This document shows positions 1 to 12,720 of a DNA stretch of 64,000 nucleotides, in pieces. The notes beneath the pieces are model-generated. The model searched no databases and was not told the DNA's origin. It saw only the letters and a program-made list of their open reading frames with translations. Location: the NCBI GenBank assembly GCA_951406725.2, contig OX597838.1:6696001-6760000 (forward strand). Direction: 5' to 3'. Numbering within the stretch: position 1 is the first letter of the stretch; the number at the start of each line of letters is the position of its first letter. The translations under genes and the position numbers were made by a program. This stretch comes from Octopus vulgaris (Eukaryota).

Positions 1-37
1 GATAATTCTAATTATTGTGAAAATATCAAGCGGGAAA

Positions 38-300
38 AGACGATGAGTTGGCAGAATCTTTGGTACGTCGGATTGTTAGCGGAATCGTTAGCACACCGGG
101 CAAAATGCTTAGCAGTATTTCGTTTGCCGCTACGTTCTGAGTTCAAATTCAACCGAGGTCGACTTTGCCTTTCATCCTTTCGGGATCGATTAAATAAGTA
201 CCAGTTACGCACTGGGGTCGATATAATCGACTTAATCCGTTTGTCTGTCCTTGTTTGTCCTCTCTGTATTTAGCCCCTTGTGGGTAGTAAAGAAATAGGT
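38..300 (+). mobile_element. tRNA-derived SINE, family A, with partly duplicated head
   Basis: A-box-like GAGTTGGCAGAATC, B-box-like GAGTTCAAATTC, core GTCGACTTTGCCTTTCATCCTTTCGGGATCGAT and 3' module ...GTGGGTAGTAAAGAAATAGGT; nearly identical to copies at 7897, 23490 and 34098. Confidence 0.9.
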
Positions 301-314
301 ACTTAGTCTGGCTT

Positions 315-523
315 AAGGCGGCGAGCTGGCAGAATCGGTAGCACACCGGGCAAAATGCTTAGCAGTATTTTGTTTGCCGCTACGTTCTGAGTTCAAATTC
401 CGCCGAGGTCGACTTTGCCTTTCATTCTTTCGGGGTCGATTAAATAAGTACCAGTTACGCACTGGGGTCAATATAATCGACTTAATCCGTTTGTCTGTCC
501 TTGTTTGTCCCCCCTGTGTTTAG
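315..523 (+). mobile_element. SINE family A, tandem second copy
   Basis: Starts AAGGCGGCGAGCTGGCAGAATC 14 bp after the previous copy; same body; 3' module truncated. Confidence 0.9.
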
Positions 524-559
524 TACCATCGTATATGTGTATATACGATGAGATTTATT

Positions 560-695
560 CTTGCTACCAAATCCACTCTCAAGACCTTGGTCAATCGAGG
601 GCTATATCAGAAGTCAAAAGTTCAGGATGCCACACAGTGGGTCTGAATTACAAACCATATGGCTGAAAATCAAATTTCTTACAACGCAGCCACTT
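560..695 (-). mobile_element. SINE family B, diverged 5' part
   Basis: TACCAAATCCACTC...GATGCCACACAGTGGG...CAGCCAC aligns with 24197-24327. Confidence 0.75.
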
Positions 696-925
696 CCGTA
701 CGTGAATTTTAGTGAAATTAGAAAATTTGAAATAACATTTCACTGTTATAAAAGTATTTATTTTCAATTAAATAAATGTATGTTTTGAAGCGTGGAGAAA
801 AAGAAATTTTATAAAATATATAGTTTTTGAGTTCATGTTACGAAAGTAAAAAAGAAAAGAATGATAATTGGGTTACATGTGTCTAGAAACAAAAATATAT
901 AAAATGTTTTACAATTAGAAATTAA

Positions 926-1387
926 ATTGGTTTCAAATTTTGACACCATGCCAGCAATTTCGAAGAGGGGAATATGTCGATATTATTGACTCTAGTGCTC
1001 AAGTGGTACTTCTTTTTTCGACTCCGAAAGGTTAAAAGGCAAAATAGACCTCAGCAGCATTTGAACACAAAACGTAGAGACAGACGAAATGCCTTTAATT
1101 ACAGTATTTTACCCGGCGTGCTAACGATTCCGCCAGCTTCTTGCCATACAAATTTTAATAATTTTGGTTTCAAATTTTGGCACAAGGCCGGCAGATTTGG
1201 AGTTGGATGCGTAAGTCGATTACATTAACCACAGTGCACAACTGGTTCTTATTGTATTGAGCCCAAAAGGAAGAAAGAAAAGTCAGCATCAGCGGGTTTT
1301 GAACTTAGAAATTAAAGACTGGAGAAATATGGCTAAGCATATCCACCCCACCCGGGCAAGCTAATAACACTGCCATCTTCCACCTTA
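926..1387 (-). mobile_element. Two old, diverged SINE family A copies in tandem (~926-1145, ~1165-1387)
   Basis: Reverse-strand matches to family A: CCGAAAGGTTAAAAGGCAAA, ATTTGAAC, CCCGGCGTGCTAACGATTCCGCCAGC. Confidence 0.7.
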
Positions 1388-1964
1388 CAATTAGAAATTA
1401 TACAAAGAGGATTTACTAAGTTACGTCAGTCTATGAGGTTTTTATTTAATTTTTGGATATTTAGATCAGCGAAAGTAAATTAAGTTCTACGTAAATGAGA
1501 GATTGCGTTATAAAAATTCTACTTTGTGTAACAGACAATTACTTTTCAAATAAGGCAAAACATAACTTAATATTCTCAAGTGGTGAATAAATTGCAACTA
1601 TTAAAATTACTTACTGTCTATAAATGAAACATTTTATTGTTACTGAGCAAATTGAGGTAATTATAAATATGTGTGTATGTTATGTCACCGGACAATATTA
1701 CACTAAAACTATCCCTTGATATATTGTCCGCAAACACTTGATTCAATGATTCTATGAGAATAAAATAGGTGATTAAATTAAATATGAGTAATCTCCGTCG
1801 AAATCTTGTAAAAGTAACTGAATAAAGTTTTAGAAATATTTTCAGATAGAACAATACTAAATGGTTTATGGAGAGTAAACGCACCACAATGTGAGGCGGT
1901 ATTATACGATAAAATGGGATTAATGAGGTTAGATAAATGCTGAGTATATGTAATATAAGATAGA

Positions 1965-2184
<220 letters not shown>

Positions 2185-2189
2185 ATATG

Positions 2190-2340
2190 CGTGGCTCTGT
2201 GGTAAGACGGTTGGCACCTAATCCCATGGTTCGTGGTTCAGAATCACCACATGGCACCTTGAACAACTGCCGAGGAGACCATAGCCTTTTCATTGGACTG
2301 GATGGTCCGAAACTGAAGTAAGCCAGTCGTATACGTGTGT
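2190..2340 (+). mobile_element. SINE family B, 5' part
   Basis: GTGGCTCTGTGGTAAG...GGTTCAGAATCACCACATGGCACCTTG matches the family B head at 34458. Confidence 0.75.
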
Positions 2341-2342
2341 AT

Positions 2343-2636
2343 TTAATAAGTACCAGTTACGCACTGGGGTCGATATACTCGACTTAATCCGTCTGTCTGC
2401 CCTTCTTTGTCCGCTCTGTGTTTAGCCCCTTGTGGGTAGTAAAAGAAATAGATATTTCGTCTGTCGTTAGGATCTGACTTCAAATACCACTGAAGTCGGC
2501 TTTGCCTGTCATCCTTTGGGGATCGATAAATTAAGTACCATTTGCGATCTGGTGTCGGCCTAATCGACTTAATCCATTTGCCTGTCTTTCTTTGTCCCCC
2601 TCTATGTTTAACTCCCGATGGGCAATAAAGAAATAC
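2343..2636 (+). mobile_element. SINE family A internal tandem units, headless
   Basis: AAGTACCAGTTACGCACTGGGGTCG...AAAGAAATAG followed directly by a second diverged body ending GGGCAATAAAGAAATA. Confidence 0.85.
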
Positions 2637-2871
2637 AAAAGGATGTATTTTTTGTCTTGTGCAAGACTTTAAATAGCATATGGATGTTGGAGGCCAGGTT
2701 CGAGAGTCCCGGGGGGTTTTGAAGAGGACCACTATCGTTATTGGGTCTATTCCGAACTGTGGTTTAATATGTATGTGTGTGTGCGTGCGTGTGTGTGTGT
2801 GTGTGCGCGCGCACGTGCGCGTTTGTGTGAATATTCATGCGTGTATACACACACTCACACATATAGAGGCG

Positions 2872-3180
2872 GAAAGGAGAAGAAGGAAAAGAAGAAGAAA
2901 AGGAAGAAGAAGAAGAAGAAGAAGAAGAAAAGGAAGGAGAAGAAGAAGAAGAAGAAGAAGAAGAAGAAGAAGAAGAAGAAAAGGAAGGAGAAGAAGAAGA
3001 AGAAGAAGAAAAGGAAGGAGAAGAAGAAGAAGAAGAAGAAGAAGAAGAAGAAAAGGAAGGAGAAGAAGAATAAGAAAAGGAAGGAGAAGAAGAAGAAGAA
3101 GAAAACGAAAAGGAAGAAGAAGAAGAAGAAGAAGAAGAAGAAGAAGAAGAAGAAGAAGAAGAAGAAGAAGAAGAAGAAGG
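2872..3180. repeat. (GAA)n microsatellite with recurring AAAAGGAAGGAG interruptions
   Basis: Direct reading; source of the poly-R/K/L ORFs. Confidence 0.97.
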
Positions 3181-4436
3181 GGCAGTAGTCTGTGAGTTTC
3201 CTTGTAGCTCTCTGTATGTAGTTCGAATGAAACGATTTGGTATATAGCCTTTGTCGGTATGGTATGGAAGTTATTTAGAGATTGACTATAGCGATAGTCC
3301 AAGAAATAGATGGAATCACCAATTAATCTGCGCTGTTTTATTATGAAAATTGGATAGACACCAAGTTCTGATTTTAAATATGCGTTAATATTTTATCTTG
3401 GCAACGAAATAATGTGATGAAATTGCATTGATATGCCTAATAAAATATTTACATTAGAGTAACATTTGAAGAATGTATCTTATAGAATTCGGAGGCGAAC
3501 TACAGCGTCTTCTCGATTCCCTGAGCTTTTCCAAATGCCAGATAACCAATTTAGGAGTAAACCTGTCTGTAATATAGTCATTTCATGACCAGTTAATTTG
3601 TAATTAGTCTCACATAAAAAAGGTTTACAATGAACGATTTTACGGTAGAAATACTATAAAACCCTGGCACGGGCGCATGTGTTTTTCACAATTTATATAA
3701 CAGAGCTGGTTGTTTAAAATTGCCATTCCTTTGCGTGTTATCGTTATATTTCTCTGCATACGGTTAACAGCTCCCGAGATTAAAAACCATAAACAGCTGA
3801 ATAAAAGCTTTATAAACTACAGTTTGCTCCAATATATATCTATGTCTATCCTCGGAAAAAAACAAAAAGCTTAACAAAAAAAAAAGCAAAAATAGTCTTT
3901 ATGGTAATTGTACAAACAATAACACTGGTGCACATAAAAAGAAATTGCCGAAGAAGCTAATACTGTGCTATGGTTATAACCGAGACATCTTCCCACACTG
4001 GTATTGGATTAACTGCCTACTTAATTAAAAACGTATTTTATCAATATATATTCAATTTGTAATCCCAATACAATGTTTTAGCACGCTATAATTATGTATT
4101 CGTGCCGTTAAAATTGTGCAACACACCTGTTATTATCACCTGGACATTTTTTTATAATTTTCTTTCGTCTCACACATTATAGGAATTTTCTGTAAGTCTA
4201 TATTTCAAAACTATTTGAAGCATTCACCCAGTAACATTTAGATAATATTCATATTAAATTATCTTTTCTTAATACAACGAACGTTGAGTCGTTTTGGTAT
4301 AAAATCCTCTTTCTAGTCTCGAATGAAAAGTGATACACAAAAATGTGTTTTCCTAAAATATACCTTGTATCAGAACAATAACTATGGTATCTAGTTCTCT
4401 TCCTCTTAGGCATATATAGAAAAATGTAAATACATA

Positions 4437-4439
<3 letters not shown>

Positions 4440-4524
<85 letters not shown>
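4440..4524. repeat. (CA)n microsatellite
   Basis: Direct reading. Confidence 0.98.
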
Positions 4525-4528
<4 letters not shown>

Positions 4529-4560
4529 ATGTATTAAAGAAGCTGCAAAGACATCACGAC

Positions 4561-4625
4561 AACTGTTACTCAGTGTTTCACGTTCTCGTCCGACGAACGG
4601 GAGCGTAAAATTCTGAGTAACAGTT
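4561..4625. repeat. Imperfect 29-bp inverted repeat with decayed hammerhead-like motif
   Basis: Arms 4561-4589 and 4597-4625 around CCGACGA; two-arm consensus reads CCGACGA-ACG-GGAA-CGT-GAAA-CTC-T-GAG-TA-ACAGTT. Confidence 0.6.
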
Positions 4626-4750
4626 TAATAAAGCATATTACTCTGCTTCCGTTATTCGAGTACTACTTTTAGACCTTGTATCACATTTGCCCTAACTGTA
4701 GTGTGCATATATATAGATAGATATATATAAACATGATTCAAAAGGATTTA

Positions 4751-4838
4751 GCGGTACATATGTTTCGGGCCTTTATTAGATGGTTTTATAACAATGCATA
4801 AGTGATGTAAATGTGTATCTATGGCCTTCTTCAGCGGC
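4751..4838 (-). ncRNA. Minimal type-I hammerhead-ribozyme-like motif, left arm
   Basis: Minus strand: GCCG-CTGAAGA-A-GGCC...GGCC-C-GAAA-CATATG-TA-CCGC; canonical CUGANGA/GAAA core, one stem I mismatch. Confidence 0.6.
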
Positions 4839-4894
4839 GTACAATTACATTACTACTTCTAATGTAATATATGTCCTTGAAGTAGTAATTGTAC

Positions 4895-4982
4895 GCGGCT
4901 GAATAAGGCCATAGACACACGTTTACATCACTTATGCATTGTTATAAAACCGTCTAATAAAGGCCCGAAACATATGTACCGC
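4895..4982 (+). ncRNA. Minimal type-I hammerhead-ribozyme-like motif, right arm
   Basis: Stem I GCGG/CCGC, core CTGAATA (G8 mutated), stem II GGCC/GGCC, GAAA, palindromic stem III ACATATGT, GUA cleavage triplet. Confidence 0.55.
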
Positions 4983-5084
4983 TAAATCCTTTCAATCATA
5001 TTTTTATTTTGATTAATATACTCTATCACCTACACCACTAAATGGTATATACAGGTGCTTACAACTATCAAGTATTCACCCTGA

Positions 5085-5263
<179 letters not shown>

Positions 5264-5274
5264 CCGGCCTAGTA

Positions 5275-5420
5275 CGCTACTGGTTGGTAATTTATCGACC
5301 CCAAAATGATGGAAGACAAAGTCGATCTTGGCAGAATTTGAACTTAGAACGTAAAGACAGACGAAATGCAGCTAAGCATTTCGCCCAGCGTTCTAACGCT
5401 CCTGCTAGCTCGCTGCCTTA
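5275..5420 (-). mobile_element. SINE family A, diverged
   Basis: TTTATCGACCCCAAAATGATGGAAGACAAAGTCGA...CTAGCTCGCTGCCTT is the reverse complement of head plus core. Confidence 0.8.
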
Positions 5421-7539
5421 GTGAATTTCGCAGATGCAAAACTGAAGGAAGCCCATTGTATATATGTGTGTGTATGTGTTTGTGTGTGTGTGCATATATG
5501 TATGTATGGATATGTACTTTTCACTTTCTACTATATTTCCCAATATATAAGATGTTCTCTCACGTAATAACTACTTCTATTGCAACTTTATATTTTGTTG
5601 AAAAATAAATTCAGTGTTTTTTCATACAGTTATATGCTTGGAATTCATCCCACATACCGTCACATATGCGCATAGCAAATCTTTTGTTACATGTAAAAAT
5701 TATGTAAATATTGCGTCTTATACTCCGGTAATTTCCCTATTTCTGACACCCATCATCAATTTCCTCCCCATGATATGCTATTCTGAAAACTGCCTTATGT
5801 TAAACGTGTTATTTGCGAAGCTTCTTCCTCATTCACATCCTACGTAACGCTTGTCATATTTTGTTATGGCCCTTTCCATTCCGTGTACCGATGCAAATCT
5901 AACCGGTCTCCAACCGGCATTTCCCTACTTCAGGATGACTAGATTACCGTAAACCCGTCAATCCAATCGTCACACAGGCAAAGAGAAAGGGCTAATTTGC
6001 ACTGGTACCTAGTTCATCAATGTGAAGAGGATGGTAGGAGAAGTTGCTATATGTATGATTTCGACTAAAACACAGGCAAGTCTGAATGAATGCCTCAGTC
6101 TAAGCAATACTATTTAAATTAGTAAATTGATATATGATGTGTGGATTTGAAACTATTATATCGACTTATCAGATTATATTCTCAATTTGTATGTTAGACA
6201 TCCTGGGACGTTAGAAGAGTCCGTGTTAATCGATGTGACTCAAACAATAGAATTTGTGGCAGCTTGTATAAGATATCCTTATTTAGTTACCTTCCTGTAA
6301 TCTTTATGATTTCATAGTTCTTCCATCCAAGGGTAAATGAAAAATGGTCGGTGATATATTTAAGTTGATGCAATCAATTGTTCCCTTCCACCTTTAGTGT
6401 GTAACCACGTGTCAATGAGGAGAAAAAGAGGAAAAATCAATATTGAAAAGATCGTATGCTTCTTGGTTTTTAATTAGGAAGTGAGCAAAAGAAAAAAAAT
6501 GACAGAAAAAAATGTGTGATGCAAAGTCAACTCATTCATATGGCGAATGATATGGTTACGGCTTTATGAAAAGGGATTTAGAACTAATTATACTGAAATG
6601 ATAATCTATTAATATTTTAATTTATTTCCTCCACCAACAGAATCCTCCCCTTTTTTTCTTGCATAGGGTGAGGTTGGGACAATGAAGATATTCAAATGAT
6701 CTTTGAACGATAAAATTGATAGAATTTTTTTTTAAAGTTTCGATCTTGTTTATAATCGCGATTTCTTTCCGTCCGTTTTTCTTTATTATTTATTAATTAT
6801 TTATTTTTATTGTGAAGGTTTAAAATCCAGAATGAAAATTTTCAACGAATTAAATCTTAATTTTATAGAAAGGAAGAAAAATAACGGAAAAATAAATAGC
6901 TTTTATACCGGAGATATTTTTTCTGCCATTCTATGCTGTTTTAGATTGAGTTAGGAAATTGAATTGTGTACGATGCTGACAATATAGAGAGTGATATAAA
7001 GGGAGATTACACAACAGTAATACAATATGGCATTGAAATATTCATAGAAAACACTCTTCGCGTTATTTTGAGGATGCTCTTCTTTCTTTATGCAATGAAT
7101 ATTAATCATTAATGTGAGTTATTTCACATGGCGTTCCGGTATACTTCGAACTGGTACTATTTTATTCTTTTCTGCAGCCTCGTACACTGTAGCATTTTAT
7201 GGCTTCCATTTATATCCATGCGAAATATACGAAAAGGGAGCAAAATACTTGACATCCTGCCAATATATTTCTAGGTGATCAATCCAGAGAACTTACCCCA
7301 AATCATGCGTAGTGAGATCGCACTCGGAAATATGTATATGTGAATCATATCTTTTTACAACGACGCCATATTTGTGCTGACGTAACCGCATAGATAACCG
7401 TTATTTTATATATAATAGAAATTTAAAACGTACCTTCATTACATTTTATTGATACTTACCTATGGAAAGAGTTCGCCTGTCTTATGTAGATGTCGATGAA
7501 TTATATGCACACTTGATTTTTTTACTGTTGAAATGGAAA

Positions 7540-7895
7540 TTGCGCTGATCTGATAGAATTGTTAGCACGCCAGACAAAACGTTTAACGGCACTTCGTCCG
7601 TCTTTTGATTTTGAGCTCAGATTACGAGATCAATGTTCATTATCGGGGAATTATTTTTACATTTTGTTGAAGAACAAGAATCTTGAGGGGGATATAGATC
7701 CAGTTTTAGCCTTTTGGTGTCGATTCAATATCTGACAGTGAAATACAGGGCTCTGCATAATGGAATTCCTCCTCCCACCAAAAACTGTTGGCCCTGTGCC
7801 AATATTTCAAACGACTTCTGTTAAAATCTTGAAGGTGGTGAGTTAGGAATCTCGTTAACGCACCGCACAAAGTGCTTAACGGTATTTCGTCTGGA
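7540..7895 (+). mobile_element. Diverged SINE family A fragments
   Basis: GTTAGCACGCCAGACAAAACG..., GGCCCTGTGCCAATATTTCAAAC and a second head AAGGTGGTGAG...GGTATTTCGTCTG. Confidence 0.6.
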
Positions 7896-7896
7896 A

Positions 7897-8142
7897 AGGC
7901 GGCGAGCTGGCAGAATCGTTAGCACGCCTGGCGAAATGCTTAGCGGTGTTTCGTCTGCCGCTACGTTCTGAGTTCAAATTCCGTCGAGGTCGACTTTGCC
8001 TTTCATCCTTTTGGGGTCAATAGATTAAGTACCAGTTACGCACTGGGATCGATATAATCGACTTAATCCGTTTGTCTGTCCTTCTTTGTCCTGTCTGTGT
8101 TTAGCCCCTTGTGGGTAGTAAAGAAATAGGTATTTCGTCTGC
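7897..8142 (+). mobile_element. SINE family A, young near-consensus copy
   Basis: Complete head, core and 3' module, then re-entry into the body (GTATTTCGTCTGCC). Confidence 0.92.
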
Positions 8143-8327
8143 CTTTAATTCCGGTGTTCAAATGACTTTCTTCCTATCCTTTCATCTTATCATCTTATCT
8201 TATCTTATCAAAATCTTTCGTCGATACTTTGCAAATCCCGCATATGTAGACGCTATCCAAACATTACATGACTACACAACAGTGAGGCTACTGTTTTAAA
8301 TGTCGTTAATTATTATACATATGCCTC

Positions 8328-8445
8328 TAAGTCGGTGAGCTGGCAGAACCGTTAGCACACGTGACAATAACGCTTCACGGCATTTCGGCTGTCTTTACGT
8401 TCTGAGTTTAAATTTCTCCAGGTCAACTTTAGATTTCCTCCTCCG
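8328..8445 (+). mobile_element. SINE family A, 5' fragment
   Basis: GGTGAGCTGGCAGAACCGTTAGCAC...ACGTTCTGAGTTTAAATT. Confidence 0.75.
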
Positions 8446-8699
8446 AAAATGTTTGTCTTGTGTAAATATTTTAAGTCATCACAGTTAGCATATCTATAAC
8501 AAGGCATGTTCCGCTTCAGGCTAATATAGATTTTTTTCAAGTAATCAGCTGTTTTTTATCGCGGTATTATTTTTACATTTAGTTGGAGAACAAGAAGCTT
8601 GAGGGGAATAAAGAAGCAGTTTATAAATTGGATCGATAAATGTGATAAACCCCCTTCCCAAAATGATATGGCACAGAGCTTGAGATTTTGTGGAGATAG

Positions 8700-9055
8700 G
8701 CACTTACATTGGTCGCAGTGCTCATCTGGTACAGATCTTACCATATTTACCCCACTCCCGAAGTGATGGATGGCAAAGTCAAATCTCGGCAATAATTTTA
8801 CTCAGAACGTTGAAACGGGGTAACGACGTTGCCAGGACATTTCATTAAAATATTAAAATTAATATTAGCTTCAGATTTTAAGACAAGACCTGCAATTTCT
8901 GAGGAGGGAGTAAGTCAGTTACATCGACTCAAGTCCTCAAATGGAGCAATCGAACCAGAAAGGATGAAAGGCAAATTGGATTACGGCGGCACTTAACTCA
9001 TAACATACGGACGAACGAAATGCCGCTAAGAATTTTCCAGGCTTGCTAACACATC
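8700..9055 (-). mobile_element. Two diverged SINE family A copies
   Basis: GGCAAAGTCAAATCTCGGC...CTCAGAACG and GAAAGGATGAAAGGCAAA...GAAATGCCGCTAAG. Confidence 0.65.
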
Positions 9056-9495
9056 CCTCAATATCCAAATGAATTTTTAGCTAAAATCAGGTCGAAAGTA
9101 TTAGAGTGTTTGTTCATCGATGTAAAGGGAAACAGAAGTGACGGTAATCAGATTCGAAACCGCGACCACTTTATTTGAGTGAAGCTGATACAAATTAAAT
9201 TCAACAACTTCAACCGCAACTGTTTCTTATCAAACCGACCAGTTGTGATGAAATCTACTGAAGAAATCTGTTGGTATTTCTAAACAGATTTAATGTTAAT
9301 TCCCATGTAATGACAGCTAATTAATATTGTAATTAATTTTTCCATCACACACGTTCCCGATAACTCTGTTTTACTTTTGCCATTTTTTTTTATAATAGGG
9401 AGGAATTTTTAGAAAGATATCGCATGAATTTAGAAAAGGAAAAAGAAAAAATAATAAATATAATGAAGGGAGCTTCTTTACGTGTGTATGATCCA

Positions 9496-9496
<1 letters not shown>

Positions 9497-9539
<43 letters not shown>

Positions 9540-9580
9540 TATTAATATTATTATTATTATTGTTATTATTATTATCATTT

Positions 9581-9653
<73 letters not shown>

Positions 9654-9697
9654 CATTATTATTATTATTATTATTATTATCATTATTATCATTATTG

Positions 9698-9728
<31 letters not shown>

Positions 9729-9739
9729 TATTATTATTA

Positions 9740-9784
<45 letters not shown>

Positions 9785-9810
9785 TTATTGTTGTTTTTGT
9801 TGTTGTTTTA
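9497..9810. repeat. (ATT)n microsatellite
   Basis: Direct reading. Confidence 0.97.
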
Positions 9811-10219
9811 TTCCTTTTTTTTCAGGTTATTTTCTTAGACCTTCATTAAAATATTTTATTAAATGATTTCTTTTTCTTCTGTTTTTATTTGTTTATAGTG
9901 AGGAACGAAAATCTATATCAGGATAATCTTCCTGAATATTTGACCGATGGGGGAAAAAGCTTAAAGAAACGTAACATGCAATAAATTATGAGCAAATATA
10001 AACGGTGATCTCGATAGCGATGATGATAATGAGGGTTACTATGACTACGATGATGATGACGATGATGATGATGATGAAGAAGAAGATGAGTAGAAGGATG
10101 AGTAGAATCAGGAAGAGTAGGATAGATTATCTACTACTATTACATATTAGCCATGATAATGATGACTGTGATTATGTCTTCATGATAAGATTGCTAACAG
10201 GCATATAAGGTTCACGCCG

Positions 10220-10241
10220 TTGATGATGATGATGATGATAT

Positions 10242-10277
<36 letters not shown>

Positions 10278-10580
10278 ATGGTGGTGGTGATGATGATGGT
10301 GATGATGGATGATGATGATGGTGGTGATGATGATGATGATGATGACGATGATGATGATGATGGTGTTGGTGATGATGGGGATGATGATGAAGATGATGAT
10401 GATGGTGTTGGTGATGATGGGGATGATGATGATTATGATGACGATGGTGACGACGATGATGATAATGATGATGGTGTTGGTGATGATGATGATGATAATG
10501 ATGATGATGATGATGATGATGGTTGTGGCGATGATGATGATGATGATGAGGATGATTATGATGATGATGATGACGATGGT
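10220..10580. repeat. (GAT)n/(GGT)n microsatellite
   Basis: Direct reading; explains the poly-D/M/H ORFs. Confidence 0.95.
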
Positions 10581-10809
10581 TACTCCGAATTAGGCACATT
10601 ACGTGAAATTTTAGAGATAGTGAGGGCGAATCGATTACTCAAATTGTACTTACTTTGCAGAGCCCGAAAGGATGAAAAGCGAATTTAGTCTCGGCGATAT
10701 TTGAACAGAGAAGTCAATAACGGAAGATATGTCTGTAAGCATCTTGTCCAGTATGGTAACGATTTAACCGGCTCGTAGCCTTCTAGCCTTCATAATAATG
10801 ATAATAATC

Positions 10810-11340
10810 AGAAGAAGAAGAAGAAGAAGAAGAAGAAGAAGAAGAAGAAAATAAAGAAGGAGGAGAGGAAGAAACGAAGAAGAAGAACAAGAAGAACAAG
10901 AACAAGAACAAGACGAAGAAGAAGAAACGAAGAAGAAAAAGAAGATGAAGGAGAAGAAGAAGAAGAAGAAGAAGAAGAAGAAGAAGAAGAAGAACAACAA
11001 CAACAACAAGACGAAGAACAAGACGAAGAAGAACAAGAAGAACAAGAACAAGAACAAGACGAAGAACAAGACGAAGAAGAAGAAACGATGAAGAAAAAGA
11101 AGATGAAGGAGAAGAAGAAGAAGAAGAAGAAGAAGAAGAAGAACAAGACGAAGAACAAGACGAAGAAGAACAAGAAGAACAAGAACAAGAACAAGACGAA
11201 GAAGAAGAAACGAAGAAGAAAAAGAAGAAGAAGGAGAAGAAGAAGAAGAAGAAGAAGAAGAAGAAGAAGAAGAAGAAGAAGAAGAAGAAGAACAACAACA
11301 ACAAGAAGAAGAAGAAGAACAAGAAGAAGAAGAAGAAAAA
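10810..11340. repeat. (GAA)n/(GAACAA)n compound repeat with higher-order block duplication
   Basis: Block GAAGAAACG(A/AT)GAAGAAAAAGAAGA(T/A)GAAGGAG recurs at ~10921, ~11078 and ~11204. Confidence 0.9.
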
Positions 11341-11342
11341 CA

Positions 11343-11440
11343 ATCTTTTCTACTATAGGCGCAAGGCCTGAAATTTGGGGGAGGGGTCTAGTCGCTTTGA
11401 GAGACCCCAGTACTCAATTGGCATTCAATTTATCGACACC
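11343..11440 (-). mobile_element. SINE family A, 3' terminal tail type 2
   Basis: Reverse complement of ...CCCCCAAATTTCAGGCCTTGCGCCTATAGTAGAAAAGA, matching tails at 18400, 42120 and 57770. Confidence 0.75.
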
Positions 11441-11896
11441 GCCATGTTATATAGTATTTCTCTGCCATGCCGCAGTTGCTGTAGCTGTCCCCATCAATAT
11501 TTCTACTAAGCTACACCGTCATACGGGTCGATCTACATTTTAAGCATTGAACGAACAGAAAGCTTCCGATGACTGGGCCCACGATATACAATCAAAACTC
11601 GCCTACAGATAAGTCAGCACTAAGCGGGTCATGTGTTTATACACAGTGTTTCATGCAACGTTCCGAAGAACGTATTAAGAGAAAAGGTCGAACAGAATGA
11701 AATACAATTCGGTCACGCGTCTCTTTTAGAAGAATTATTCTGCTCTGTCTCAGACAGAATGTGTTGAGTTTGTTCTTTTTAGGGAATTGTTAGATATACC
11801 TTGATATATATTGCGAATGTGTACGTATATATATATATATATACACACATGGATATCTATCTATCTATCTATCTATCTATATATCAATCTATCTAA

Positions 11897-11976
<80 letters not shown>

Positions 11977-12001
11977 ATATATATATATATATATAATATT
12001 C

Positions 12002-12032
<31 letters not shown>

Positions 12033-12034
12033 TG

Positions 12035-12089
<55 letters not shown>

Positions 12090-12573
12090 GTATTGTATGT
12101 GTGTGGGCGCGCATGAGAGAGGGAGTAGAGTGACAGAGGGAGAAGGGAAGAGAGAGCGCGGGACACTCACGCAGACAGATAGCAAATAAATGCAATATAT
12201 GTCAAGTCTGACTCGTCATCATATCGATCAAGTTCGGAAGAATAAAAAAGCGTGTGAATTTGCCCAAGCGCCTGTGCATATGTAAGTGCGCGCGTGTGTG
12301 TGTATTGTGCGTACGCATGTATGCGTTTGTGTGCGTGCGAATGTGTGAGTGGATGAAATATATTATATGTAGTTATGTGTATATATATATATGCATACAT
12401 ACATATATGTACCCCAAAACTCCACTTTGTTATATATATATATGTGTGTGTATGTTTGTATGTAGGTTTGTATATGTATATGTATATATAAGATGTATAC
12501 ATCAGTGTATCTATGTGTTTTTGGCAGTGTGCACAAATGTGTATGAGCAAGTTTTTTTTATGTGAGAATGAAG

Positions 12574-12665
<92 letters not shown>

Positions 12666-12669
12666 TATG

Positions 12670-12720
<51 letters not shown>

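Larger units (their letters stand above)
4733..4999. mobile_element. ~265-bp palindromic element: two inverted Penelope-LTR-like arms, each with a hammerhead-like motif
   Basis: Arms ~4733-4859 and ~4879-4999 are near-exact reverse complements; each contains CTGAA(G/T)A...GGCCCGAAACATATGTACCGC. Confidence 0.8.
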
